Source: Isurus oxyrinchus (lineage: Eukaryota). Taken from it: 64,000 nt of DNA. Position numbers and translations under genes: made by a program. The notes beneath the pieces were generated by a model that was given only the letters and a program-made list of their open reading frames with translations, made no database searches and was not told where the DNA came from. This document shows positions 1-12,519 of this stretch, one piece after another (within the stretch, counting starts at the first letter, position 1; each line of letters starts with the position of its first letter). The stretch is from NCBI GenBank assembly GCA_026770705.1, contig JANJGN010000071.1, positions 1,798,001 to 1,862,000 on the forward strand. Reading direction: 5' to 3'.

Positions 1-615
1 GAGGAGAGCAGAGATCTCAGAGGGTTGAAGGGGCTGGATGAGGTTACAGAGCCAGCGAGTGGAGAGGGGGTTGGGGGGATTGGGAATTGAGCATGAGAAT
101 CTTAAAATGGAGGCACTGCTTGACTGGGAGCCTATGTAAGTCAGTGTGGATGGGGGGAAGGGTGGTAAAAGGTTGAGTAGAAAATCAGGATAAAAACTGG
201 AGGATGAAGTCTCTCCCTATGTTAGGTGTCTGATAGCAATATCCTGAAATGTGTCTTTTGCTGATTTTAGTCAGAATTTCCCATGAAGACAACACAGCAG
301 CTCCTAGAATAGACAGGCTGTTCAGTGTCACACTTCCTGTCCATTCTCACCATGCTAGATACTTCAATAAGGGAGCAAGATAACTGAAAGTGAGAAGGAA
401 GGTAAAGCTGTCTGTGTGTAAATGGGTCAATATACAGTTTGTATATTTGTCTTTCTCTCGACACATGCAGAGCTCAGGCTAGAGGCACTTTGTTAGTGTG
501 TTTCACAGGGTCTGCTGGAGGAGGGTCAGTGCTGAGCTTGGGGACAAGTCAGTCTACAATGCTGCATCGGAATCAACAATACAACAATATGGGGTTTGGA
601 TCAGAAATAATCCAT

Positions 616-800
616 TAGACAATGAGGATCCAAAGAGATTCCATAGACAATGAGGATCCATAGAGATTCCTTAGACAATGAGGATCCAAAGAGATTCCTT
701 AAACAATGAGGATCCAAAGAGATTCCTTAAACAATGAGGATCCAAAGAGATTCCTTAGACAATGAGGATCCAAAGAGATTCCTCAGACAATGAAGGTCCA
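616..800. repeat. 28-bp tandem repeat (about 6.5 copies)
   Basis: Unit agacaatgaggatccaaagagattcctt; a shorter array occurs at about 8595-8668. Confidence 0.9.
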
Positions 801-1434
801 AAGTGCACCAATCAGATTGAATCAGATTAGCCAATCAGCTGTGTTGAAGAGCAGACAGGAATGTTAGGCTAATTAGTGATTCATGACGGTGATAATGGGG
901 GGAGTTCTGAGGGCTCCTAATCCATTGTCCTGTCTTGTAAATCAGCACTGAATGGATCTCAATTGGTGCGTCTTGTAGACAGTGTATTGGGTCACATTTA
1001 ATCATTGACATTAAAGTGATAATTAGAGGCTGCATTTGGACTGAACATGAAGCTGTCACCAGGCCGCTTGAAATTAAGAATCCAAATGGTCCAGATGAGC
1101 ATAGAGCAATAGATTATATTTACATAGTGCCTTAACTGTAAAAAAAAACAATCCAAGGGGCTACACAGGAGCATTATAATACAAGGCACAGTGACACTGT
1201 CTCACTGGCTTCACTAAACAGGGTCCTGAGGACCATGAGCCAATGTAGAATGAACTAGTCCACTCCTGTGTCCAGGATTCTCTTCCATCCATTGTGAAAC
1301 CTTGGGGAGTTCCTTGTGTGTCCTGTAGATGGTCCACACTGCAGCCAATGTGCCCCAGTGATGGAGGGGGTGGATATCGAGTCTGGTGGATCCACAAACC
1401 ATCCAGAGTTAAATATTGATATTTCTCTCCCCAG

Positions 1435-1803
1435 TTGGACTGTCACAAGAGTGGAAAGGTGACACTCCCCGAGAGGTGACAGCGCAGGAAGGTTCGTGTG
1501 GACAGATTCCATGTCATTACAGTTATCCAGCACATTTGGAAAGCCAACCGCGAGGTGGAGTCTGGTTTAATAATGAGGAACAGATCCCCTGGGCTCCCAT
1601 AGCCTTTCACTCCAAGGATCACAGTCACGAGTTACCACGGTTCCGCCATCGGACCCGGCTGTCTGGAGACCTGAAAGATGGCGACTGTTCCCTGATTATA
1701 AACAACATCAGACGGGAAGATGCAGGACCTTATTTTTTCAGAATAGAATTTGACAATGGTCCGAGCCATAACTATTATCCTGTAACCCAGCTTCACATTT
1801 CTG
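1435..1803 (+). CDS. Siglec-like gene A, V-set Ig exon V1 (intact)
   Basis: Bounded by ccag| and G|gtaag; 369 nt, phase 1/1. Encodes GLSQEW..GSCGQIPC..DGDCSLII..EDAGPYFFRIEF..NYYP. Shows the B-strand C-x4-C, E-strand Cys and F-strand Arg (no canonical F-strand Cys), which is the Siglec V-set signature. The leader exon should lie just upstream of the window, since 1-430 matches the post-leader intron at 17592-18010. Confidence 0.9.
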
Positions 1804-2273
1804 GTAAGTGCTGTGTTATAATTACTCAACAATTCACATTCAACACTCAATGGGAAATAACACAAACTGTGACGTTTACATATTAACACAAAACACAGCT
1901 TATTATAACACACTGTCTGATTCTCAATAACCTGGTGATAGCTTCCAGTTCAGTCCTAAAGCAACCTCTAATACTCACTTTAATATCAATGATGAAAAGC
2001 ATTAACTGTATTATCAGGTTATCCACTCCCATCAATCTCTCCTGTCCTGTGTAAAAGTCTGACTTATCGATAAAAGAAAGATGTGCATTTCTGCAGCACA
2101 ATTTACCACCTCAGGAGGATCCAAATCCCTTCACAGCCATTGAAATTATTCCTGAATTGTAGTCACAGATGTAAAACACAGCAGGCAGTTTGTGCACAGC
2201 AAGATCCAACAAACCACAAGGTGATAAATCACCCAGATCACTGAGGAAATGAGAAGCCAGTGAACTCAAACCT

Positions 2274-2410
2274 CTGGTCTGATGAAGAGTCATACGGACT
2301 CGAAACGTTAACCCTGTCTTCCTCTCCACTGATACTGTCAGACCTGCTGAGTCTTTCCAGCAATTTTTGTTTTTGTTTCAGATTTCCAGCATCCACAGTA
2401 TTCTGCTTTT
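2274..2410 (+). mobile_element. Penelope-like element terminus with minimal hammerhead ribozyme motif
   Basis: CTGATGA-A-GAGTC-atacg-GACTC-GAAACGTTA followed by a gacctgctgag..tttccagcatc tail. A tail-only copy lies at about 30400-30500. Confidence 0.6.
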
Positions 2411-2662
2411 AACTCCAATCTCTGGTCTGAGCCTCTTCTCTCATCCAGTGTTCTCAATTCACATGTCTCGGAGTGAACGTGTATTAAGCTGAGAGACAGA
2501 AACACTACTGCCAAAGAGCAAGAAAATCTTTCCTGATCATTGTAACCTCTCAGTTCTGATATCATCCTTGTAAAAGTGCTTTCTCTTGTGGGACTGTGAT
2601 TTCTATTTGAACTGATGCTTCACGTTATATTTCTCTAAAAGGATCCATTCTCCGTCTGTTAG

Positions 2663-2958
2663 ATTTCACAGATAAACCCACGATATTCCCTGCTGAAATT
2701 ATTGCAGGAAAGCGTGTGGATGTAAGCTGCACCTTCAACACAACGTGCAATGGAACAGCAGCACCTGTCTTAACCTGGGACACTCCCACTGACGTACCTG
2801 GATCAGTCTCAAACACTGTAACTCAGCATGGTGTCACTCTGACCTATACTTCTGTTCTGACCCTGATCCCATCACTCAAACACCACGGACACATCACAGC
2901 TGCAGAGTGAGATATCCATCTGTTTCATCGGAGCGGACCCTCGTACTAACTGTGCAAT
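2663..2958 (+). pseudogene. Siglec-like gene A, C2-set exon copy a (frameshifted)
   Basis: ttag|AT TTC ACA GAT AAA CCC (DFTDKP). 296 nt versus 297 nt in the paralogues. A 1-nt deletion near 2893 (acatcacagc vs acactctcagc) gives TGA at 2908-2910 before the F-strand Cys. Confidence 0.85.
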
Positions 2959-3164
2959 GTAAGTATGGACACCTTTCATTCTACATTAGCTAGAACAGTG
3001 TAGATAATGCACAGCAGGATCCCATAGAAAGGTATTCTGATGAGAATCAGAGAATCTGTTTTTTAGGGAAAATAGTGACCGGAACACAATTAATAACAGT
3101 TTCTGAACAGTAACACAGCGGCTTTTATTTCCAGCCAAGAGACCGATAGAGCAGAGCAGGAATC

Positions 3165-5620
3165 GCAATGTACTCACCCCCTGACAGTGCAGCACTCCCT
3201 CAGTACTGACCCTCTGACAGTGCAGCACTCCCTCAGTACTGACCCTCTGACAGTGCAGCACTCCCTCAGTACTGACCCCCTGACAGTGCAGCACTCCCTC
3301 AGTACTGAACCTCTGACAGTGCAGCACTCACTCAGTACTGACCCCATGACAGTGCAGCACTCACTCAGTACTGACCCTCTGACAGTGCAGTACACCCTCA
3401 GTACTGACCCTCTGACAGTGCAGCACTCCCTCAGTACTCACCCCCTGACAGTGCAGCACTCCCTCAGTACTGACCCTCCGACAGTGCAGCACTCCCTCAG
3501 TACTGACCCTCTGACAGTGCAGCACTCCCTCAGTACTGACCCTCTGACAGTGCAGCACTCCCTCAGTACTGACCCCCTGACAGTGCAGCACTCCCTCAGT
3601 ACTGACCCTCTGACAGTGCAGCACTCACTCAATACTGAACCTCTGACAGTACAGCACTCCCTCAGTACTGACCCCCTGACAGTGCAGCACTCCCTCAGTA
3701 CTGACCCTCTGACAGTGCAGCACTCACTCAATACTGAACCTCTGACAGTGCAGCACTCCCTCAGTACTCACCCCCTGATAGTGCAGCACTCCCTCAGTAC
3801 TGACCCTCTGACAGTGCAGCACTCCCTCAGTACTGACCCTCTGACAGTGCAGCACTCCCTCAGTACTGACCCCCTGACAGTGCAGCACTCCCTCAGTACT
3901 GACCCTCTGACAGTGCAGCACTCCCTCAGTACTGACCCTCTGACAGTGCAGCACTCCCTCAGTACTGACCCCCTGACCGTGCAGCAATCACTCAGTACTG
4001 ACCTTCTGACTGTACAGCATTCCCTCAGTACTGACCCTCTGACTGTACAGCATTCCCTTAGCACTGACCCTCCGACAGTGCAGCTCTCCCTCAGTACCGG
4101 CCCTCTGACAGTGCAGCACTCCCTCAATACTGACCCTCTGACAGGGCAGCACTCCCTCAGTACTGACCCTCTGACAGTGCAGCACCCCCTCAGTTCTGAT
4201 CCTCCGACAGTGCAGCACCTCCTCAGTACTGACTCTCCGACAGTGCAGCACTCCTTCAGTACTGACCCTCTGACAGTGCAGCACTCCCTTATTACTGACC
4301 CTCCAACAGTGCAGCACTCAATCAGTACAGACCCTCCAACAGTGTAGCAATCCCTCAGTACTGAACGCCTGATCGTGCAGCACTCCCTCAGTACTGATCC
4401 TCCGACATCGCAGCACTCCCTCAATAATGTCCCTCTGACAGTGCAGCACTCCCTCAGTACTGACCCTCTGACAGTGCAGCACTCCCTCAGTACTGACCCC
4501 CTAACAGTGCAGCACTCCCTCAGTACTGACCCTCTGACAGTGCAGCACTCACTCAGTACTGACCCTCTGACAGTGCAGCACTCCCTCAGTACTGACCCCC
4601 TGACCGTGCAGCACTCACTCAGTACTGACCTTCTGACTGTACAGCATTCCCTCAGTACTGACCCTCTGACTGTACAGCATTCCCTTAGTACTGACCCTCC
4701 GACAGTGCAGCTCTCCCTCAGTACTGGCCCTCTGACAGTGCAGCACTCCCTCAATACTGACCCTCTGACAGGGCAGCACTCCCTCAGTACTGACCCTTTG
4801 ACAGTGCAGCACTCCCTCAGTACTGACCCTCTGACAGTGCAGCACCCCCTCAGTTCTGATCCTCCGACAGTGCAGCACTCCTTCAGTACTGACCCTCTGA
4901 CAGTGCAGCACTCCCTTAGTACTGACCCTCCAACAGTGCAGCACTCAATCAGTACAGACCCTCCAACAGTGTAGCAATCCCTCAGTACTGACCCTCTGAT
5001 CGTGCAGCACTCCCTCAGTACTGATCCTCCGACATCGCAGCACTCCCTCAATAATGTCCCTCCGACAGTGCAGCACTCCCTCAGTACTGACCCTCCGACA
5101 GTGCAGCACTCCTTCAGTACTGACCCTCTGACAGTGCAGCACTCCCTCAGTCCTTTCCCTCTGATAGTGCAACACTCTCTCAGAACTGACCCGCTGACAG
5201 TGCAGCACTCCCTCAGTACTGACCCTCTGACAGTGCAGCACTCCCTCAGTACTGACCCTCTGACAATGCAGCACTCTCTCAGTACTGATCCTCCAACAGT
5301 TTAGAAATCTCTCTGTACTGATCCTCCATCAGTGCAGCACTCCCACAGTACAGACCCTCCAACAGTGCAGCACTCCCTCAGTACTGACCCTCTGACAGTG
5401 CAGCACTCCCTCAGTACTGACCCTCTGACAGTGCAGCACTCCTTCACTACTGAAGCTCCAACTCTGCAGCGCTCCCTCAGATCTTACAATCCAACATTGA
5501 ATACCTCCCTCCCGACTGACCCTCAGATAATGCTGCAGTCCCTTGTTCCAGAGCTTCCAACTGTGCAACACTCCCTCAGTAATGACCCTTTGACAGTGCT
5601 GCTCTCCCTCAGTATTGCCT
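3165..5620. repeat. 33-bp minisatellite
   Basis: Unit cagtgcagcactccctcagtactgaccctctga, with a higher-order 627-bp (19-unit) duplication (4343 vs 4970). This array is the source of the TVQHSLSTDPL / RECCTVRGSVL ORFs. Confidence 0.97.
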
Positions 5621-8520
5621 TTAAACTAAATAGATGGGGAGAGTGTTCTGGAGAGGGTATATGTAGGCTTACAAAGCAAAAGGATTTGTCAGCATTGCAG
5701 GATAGCTGTTTTGGTGATGATACCCAGCGTGTGACAGGTGGGTACACAGTGTCCAAACATTAAAATACATCAGCAATTAGTGTCAGAGGGAGGAAAATGA
5801 TAAAAAGACAAAATTAATGGCTCTTGACTTAAATGCACATAGTATTTGGAACAACATAAATGAATTAAAGGCACAAATAGAGGTTAATGGGTTTGATCTT
5901 ATAGCCATTATGGAGACATGGTTACAAGGAGATCAAAGCTTTGAAATAAATATTCAGGGGTATGTGACTTTTCAAAAAGACAGGCAGGAAGGAAAGGTGG
6001 TGGGGTAGCTTTGTTAATAGGAGATGGAATAAGTACGAGAGCAAGAAATGATCTTGGATCGGAGGGTATAGAATCCATATGGCTCGAGGTAATGAATAAC
6101 AAGTGGAGGAAGGAACTGGTGGGAGTGGTCTATCAGCCCCATGACTGTAGCTCGGCTGTAGGACAGAGAATAAATCATGAGATAATGAGGGCATGTAAAA
6201 AAGGCAGTACATTAATCTTCACGTAGATTGGGAAAACCCAATTGGCAGAGGTAGCCACGAGCAAGAATTCATTGAGTGTATTCAAGACAGTTTCCTGGAA
6301 TAATATGTCGTGGATCTAACCAGGGATCAGGCTATTTTGGATCTGGTAATGTGTAATGAGGCAGGTTTCATACATGATCTCAGAATAAATGATCCCCTGG
6401 AAAACAGTGACCATAACCTGGTAGAATTTAGCATTCCGTTTGAGACTGAGAAACCTGGGTCGGAAACAACTGTGCTGGACTTAAATAAGTGTAATTACAA
6501 AGGAATAAGGACAGGGTTGTCTGGAGTGGACTGGGAAAGGGGTTTAGCAGAAAAGATGGTGGATGAACAATAGCAGATGTTTAAGAAAATAGCTCATGAC
6601 TCACAACAACGATATATCCCAGTGAGAAAGAAGGATTGTAGGAAGAGAATAAACCAACCTGGGTTACCCAAAGAAGTTAAGGTGTGTATCAAATTGAAGG
6701 AAAAAACATGCAGCACGACAAAGATTAGTGGTAAGCCAGAGGATTGAGAGAGTTTTAAAAACCAACAGAAGATGACCAAAAAATAAATAAAGAGGGAGAA
6801 AACTAGGTAAACTAGCAATTGATATAAAAAAGGACAATAAAAGCTCCTTTAAATATATAAAAAGGAAGAGAGAGACCAAAGTGTTCATAGGCCCCTTAGA
6901 GAACTAGGCTGGGGAAATAATAATGAGGAACCAGGAAATGACAGAGGAGTTGAATAAATACTTTGCATCAGTCTTCACGGTAGAACACACTAATATCATT
7001 CCAAAAATACTAAATAATCAAGGGGCAAAAGGGGGGTGGGGAGAGGAAATAAATACAGTAACTATCACTAGAGAATAACGCTAGCGAAACTAATGGGTCT
7101 CAAGTCTGATAGGTCCCCTGGACCTGATAGGTTGCATTTTAGGATATTAAAGGAAGTAGATGCAGAGATAGTGGATGTACTGGTTTTAATCTTCCAAGAA
7201 TCCTTAGATTCTGGGAAACTCCCAGAGGATTGGAAATCTGCCAAAGTAACACCCATATTCAAAAAGGGAGGGAGACAACAAACAGGAAACTATAGGCCAG
7301 TTAGCTTAACATCTGTCATTGGGAGCATGTTAGAGTCCATTATAAAGGATGTAATAGCAGACTATTTAGAAATGCATAATTTAAACAAACATAGGCTTCA
7401 TGAAGGGGAAATCATGCATGACAAATTTATTAGAATTATTTGAGGAGGTAACAAACAGGATAGATAAAGGGGAACCAGTAGATGTAATATATTTGGATTT
7501 GCAAAAGTCGTTCAGTAAAGTACCACATATAAGGCTACTTAATAAGATAAGAGCCCATGGTGTTGGGGGCAGTATATTAGCATGGAAAGAGGATCGACTA
7601 ACTAAGAGAAGACAGAGATTTGAGATAAGGGGGGCATTTTCAGGATGTCAACCTGTGGAGTGCCACAGGGATCAGTGCTGGGGCCACAATTATTTACAAT
7701 ATATATTAATGACTTGGATGAGGGAAATTAATGTACTTTCGCCAAGTTTGCGGATGACACAAAAATAGATGGGAAGGCAAGTGGTGAGGGTGACACGAAG
7801 AGTCTACAGAGGGACATAGACAGGTTCAGTGAGTGGGCATCAACTTGGCAGATGGAATATAATGTGGGAAAATGTGAGCTGCTGCACTGTGGCAGGATGT
7901 ATAGAGGAGCTGAATATTATTTCAATGGAGAAAGACATTGGAAAGGTGAAGCATAGAGGAATTTGGGAGTCATCAGAAAGATAACATACAAGTTCAACAG
8001 TTAATAGGGAAGGCAGGTGGAATGTTGGCCTTTATTTCAAAGGGAATGGAGTATAAAAATAGGGAAGTCTTGCTAAAACTATACAAGGCACTAGTTAGAC
8101 CACACCTAGAATACTGTGCGCAGTTTTGGTTCCCTTATCTAAGGAAAGATGTACTGGCATTGGAGGCAGTCCAGAGAAGGTTCACTAGGTTGATCCCAGT
8201 AATGGAGGGATTTTCATATGAGGAGAGGTTGAGTAGGATGGGCCTGTACTCATTGGAGTTTAGGAGAATGAGAGCTGACCTTATTGAAACATATAAGATT
8301 CTTAGGGTGCTTGACAGGGTAGATGCTGAGAGGTTGTTTCCCCTTGTGGGAGAGTCTAGGACCAGAGGGCATAATCTCAGAGTAAGGGGTCACCCATTTA
8401 AGACAGAGATGAGGAGTTTCTTCTCTCAGAGGGTAGTGAATGTGTGGAATTCTATACCGCAGAGAGCTGCAGAGGCTGGGTCATTAATTATATTCAAGGC
8501 TGAGATACACAGTTTTTTGG
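5620..8520 (+). mobile_element. CR1 LINE, degenerate ORF2 (endonuclease and RT)
   Basis: Fragments IAIMETWL, ILDLVMC..SDHNLVEF, SPGPDRLH, NYRPVSLTSV, DVIYLDLQK and ALVRPHLEYC, broken by stops and frameshifts. Confidence 0.92.
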
Positions 8521-8697
8521 GGGACAAGTCAGTCTACAATGCTGCATCGGAATCAACAATACAACAATATGGGGTTTGGATCAGAAATAATCCCTTAGAC
8601 AATGAGGATCCAAAAAGATTCCTTAGACAAAGAAGATCCAAAGAGATTCATTAAACAATGAGGATCCAGGGATAAATATTGATATTTCTCTCCCCAG

Positions 8698-9062
8698 TTG
8701 GACTGTCACAAGAGTGGAAAGGTGACACTCCACGAGAGGTGACAGCGCAGGAATCTGTGTACAGATTCCATTTCGTTACAGTTATCCAGTAGAGTTGGAA
8801 AACAAACCACGAGATGGAATCTGGTTTAATAAAGAAACACACAAATTGGGTTCTCCCATTGCCTTTCACTCCAAGGATCACAGTCACGAGTTACCATGGT
8901 TCCACCATCGGACCCGGCTGTCTGGAGACCTGAAAGATGGCGACTGTTCCCTGATTATAAACAACATCAGACGGGAAGATGCAGGACCTTATTTTTTCAG
9001 GATAGAATTTGACGGCAGGAAAAGATACAACTACTATCCTGTAACCCAGCTTCATGTTTCTG
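8698..9062 (+). pseudogene. Siglec-like gene A, V-set exon V2 (frameshifted)
   Basis: Same splice sites as V1 but 365 nt. A 4-nt deletion near 8754 gives TAG at 8790-8792. The second B-strand Cys codon is TTT. The downstream frame still reads YFFRIEF. Confidence 0.85.
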
Positions 9063-10377
9063 GTAAGTGCTGTGTTATAATTACTCAACAATTCACATTC
9101 AACACTCAATGGGAAATAACACAAACTGTGACGTTTACATATTAACACAAAACACAGTTTATTTTTACACACTGTCTGATTCTCAATAACCTGGTGATTG
9201 CTTCCAGTTCAGTCTTAAAGCAACCTCTAATAATCACTTTAATGTCAATGATTAAATGTATTGACTGTGTCCATCAATGCTATCAGGCTATCCACTCCCA
9301 TCAGTCTCTCTAATCCTGTTTAAAAGTCTAACAATTTGACAAAAGAAGGACGTGCATTCCTATAGCACCTTTCACCACCTCAACAAACTTCAAATCACTT
9401 CACAGACAATGAAGAAATTCTTGAAGTATAGTCACTGTCTAACGTGGCAGTGAGTTTGTACACAGGAAGCTCCCACAGAGAGCAATGGGATCAGTGACCC
9501 AGATCTCTGAGAGAATGATGAGCCAGGGTTCCATGAGCTGTGGGCTGCTCCATCACCCACACCCCAGTGTTGGCAATTCAAGGGTCTGGGAGAGAAAGTG
9601 TATTCAGCTCAGTGACACATTCCCCACCAAGTTTGAAAATAGGAAAGTTGCTGCTGATTGTTGTGACCTCTCAGTTCCCATCTCATCCTTGGAAACCTGC
9701 TTTCAAAATACAAAACCAAGTCTCACATTTCTATAGCGCCTTTCACCACCTCAGGACGATCCTAAATCAATTCACAGCCAATGAAGTGATTCTTGAAGTA
9801 CACATTCTCCCCACTCTCTGGGTAAAGAAGTTTCTCCTGAATTCCCCATTGGATTTATTAGTGAGGATGTTATACTGTCAGCCTCTGGTTTTGTTCATTG
9901 TGATGAGTGGAAACACTCTCTCCATGTCTACTCGATCAAAACCTTTCACTACTTCAAAGGTCAAATGATGTCACCCTTCAACCTTCTCTGTTCAAGAGAA
10001 CAGAGACCCAGCCTGTACATCCTCTCCTGATAGGTAAAGCCTCACATTGCGGAGATCATCCTTGTGAAGCTTTTTACCACCCTCTCCAGTGTCTCTATAT
10101 CCTTTTCCAAATGCTGAGTCTGTTCTCCCCGAGCTGTGAGCTGTTCCTCCACCCTCACCCAGTCTGGTCAAATCAAGGGTCACTGAGTGAGAGTGTATTA
10201 ATCTGAGTGACAGAGATTCAACAAGTGTAAAAATAGACAATTCTAAAATGATCGTTGTAACCTCTCAGTTCTGATATCATCCTTGTAAAAGTGCTTTCTC
10301 TTGTGGGACTGTGGTTTCTATTTGAACTGATGCTTCACGTTATATTTCTCTAAAAGGATCCATTCTCTGTCTGTTAG

Positions 10378-10674
10378 ATTTCACAGATAAACCCACGATA
10401 TTCCCTGCTGAAATTATTGCAGGAAAGCGTGTGGATGTAAGCTGCACCTTCAACACAACGTGCAATGGAACAGCAGCACCTGTCTTAACCTGGGACACTC
10501 CCACTGACGTACCTGGATCAGTCTCAAACACTGTAACTCAGCATGGTGTCACTCTGACCTATACTTCTGTTCTGACCCTGATCCCATCACTCAAACACCA
10601 CGGACACACTCTCAGCTGCAGAGTGAGATATCCATCTGTTTCATCGGAGCAGACCCTCGTACTAACTGTGCAAG
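10378..10674 (+). CDS. Siglec-like gene A, C2-set (domain 2) exon copy b (intact)
   Basis: 297 nt, phase 1/1, ag|..G|gtaagt. Encodes DFTDKPTIFP..VSCTFNTTCNG..LTW..TLSCRV..LTVQ. The extra Cys after the B-strand Cys matches the Siglec interdomain disulfide partner. Confidence 0.88.
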
Positions 10675-10995
10675 GTAAGTACATACACCTTTCATTCTAC
10701 ATCAGCACTCCCTCAGCGCTGACCCTCTGACAGTGCAGCCCGTTCTCAGTGTCCACATTCTCAGACCTCTCAAAGTGCTTCACAGTCGATAGCAATTAAC
10801 TGATCTTTAATTGATTATTGCTGAATGAAGGGACAAGCTGTCTAAACTTTACAGCTCGCACACATTATTTTCCATGGCAACTCTCCTCCAATCAGAGATC
10901 ACTTGCCACCCAATCAGCACTCTCTTCCCTTTAAATATAAATTGTTGTTCATTTTCTGTGGTAAACCTGCGATCTGTCTTGTTGAGTCCTGCGCT

Positions 10996-11148
10996 GACAT
11001 CTCAATGTCCCAATGAACAGAACAAGTTCCAACAATGAGCTGTGGTTGGTGATTCCTCATGTTACATCCATGGACACTGGAGACTATCAGTGTGTGGCAG
11101 AGAATGAACATGGAGCAGTGGAGGGGTTCATAACCATCACTGTGGAAC
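10996..11148 (+). pseudogene. 5'-truncated third Ig exon (3' half only)
   Basis: Encodes HLNVPMNRTSSNNELWLVIPHV..DYQCVAENEHGAVEGFITITVE followed by gtgagt. Near-identical to the - strand exons at 57.4-59.8 kb, but the 5' half and acceptor are replaced by unrelated repeat sequence. Confidence 0.8.
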
Positions 11149-12268
11149 GTGAGTTACACAGACTTCAACATCTCTCTTAGATTCAAACACTACACAAACA
11201 CACATAAATATACAGACCTAAATAGACAGCTGCAGACACACAATCCCACATCTATGAGCACACACAAAGACACACTCACAAACAAATACACTATCACATA
11301 GTGCCCTGTGGGTTTCCTGACCTCCTTCAGTGTTGCACCGGAGAGTTGACCTGGATTCTGGGATTTGTGTTCCCTTTCATATTAATGGAAGAATATGGAA
11401 ATTTCAAAGTCTACTACAGACACTCAGATGCACAGGGATACTCACAGATACACTCTGCCTCTCCAACTCTCTATCCTCCTTTAAGAAGCTTCCTGAAACC
11501 TAACCCTTTGACCAGTCACCTGTCCCAACTCGTCCTTATGTGATTTTGTGTGAAATTTTGTTTGAGTATCTGAGAGTAAGTGAGAGGTGGAGAGGTTTAG
11601 GAAGGGAATTCCTGTTGGTGAAAAGCTTACATCATGTTCTCAGCTTTCCAGTGCACATATTTCACATGATGTCCAATGTCCTTGTTTATAATGGGGATTG
11701 CCTATGTAAACGTTATGCTGTAGTTACACTCTCCCACCAGTGGTGGCACGGTTGCACTTAACCCTTGCATCTCCCAGCTTTTCAAGCAATTTCACTTCCT
11801 AATTCGCTACTACTCACCTCAACCACTCCCAGTGGGAGCGAGTTCCACATTCTCCCCTCTCTCTGGGTAAAGATTGGAACTGTTTATTAAGCGGGGGGTG
11901 TAAGTCCGTGGGGGAGTCCATCTCGATCCTGCCCGAATCACACACGCGTCCGAGATGGATTTCCACCCTGCACTAAACGTTTCCAGAATTTTCTACAGCA
12001 CAATCCTGTACACGGCGATGGAGAGAAACATTGGACAGGGAGTCCAACAGCACAATGATCCATTCTCACCAATGTTCCACGCTAAGGGGAAAGTTCCGAT
12101 TGTCCACTCTTAGAGTGTTTACAATGAAAACATTCATTCCACATTGAATCCCAGTGGATGAGTCAATATTACAGCAAATGTTGCAGTGATATGAAGCTTG
12201 ATTGTTCAAACACAGTGAGAGATTGAAAGCGGAGAGTCAGTGATGATTTCTTTCTGTGTGTTCTCTAG

Positions 12269-12408
12269 ACAGTGGAGGAGAGATTCTGCACGTGATCCTG
12301 ATCCTGGGAATACGAGCTGTGATATTCCTTGTGGCTGTGGTTATCACTATCACTGGAGTCTGTGTCTGGGAGAGACAAACAGTGAAAGGAAGTCGACAGA
12401 CTGTTTGA
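12269..12408 (+). CDS. Siglec-like gene A, transmembrane exon with intramembrane Arg and short tail (activating type)
   Basis: ttctctag|AC AGT GGA..., phase 1. Reads (D)SGGEILHVILILGIRAVIFLVAVVITITGVCVWERQTVKGSRQTV*. Arg codon at 12313-12315; no Tyr in the tail. Confidence 0.85.
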
Positions 12409-12519
12409 AGCTTTGTACAGCAACAATCTGGTCAGTCAGTGCGGACAAATAACGTGTGATGTTGGGTTAAGTTGTAATGAAACTGGTCAGTGTCCTGGTT
12501 AGAATCACCTTCGTATCAG

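Noticed and set aside
616-800. Regular 28-bp repeats resembling a CRISPR array
   Set aside because: Head-to-tail units without unique spacers, in a eukaryotic context.
3187-5763. Long ORFs (386 and 427 aa) of TVQHSLSTDPL or Cys-rich RECCTVRGSVL repeats, resembling a mucin stalk or keratin-associated protein
   Set aside because: These are translations of a 33-bp (3n) minisatellite that is open in several frames on both strands and recurs throughout the window without splice context.
8022-8654. 210-aa ORF
   Set aside because: CR1 ORF2 C-terminus reading through into duplicated intron sequence; not a host gene.
12240-12452. ORF-track peptide with Cys/His (CDIPCGCGYHYH)
   Set aside because: Wrong frame. 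The phase-1 spliced frame encodes the TM helix.
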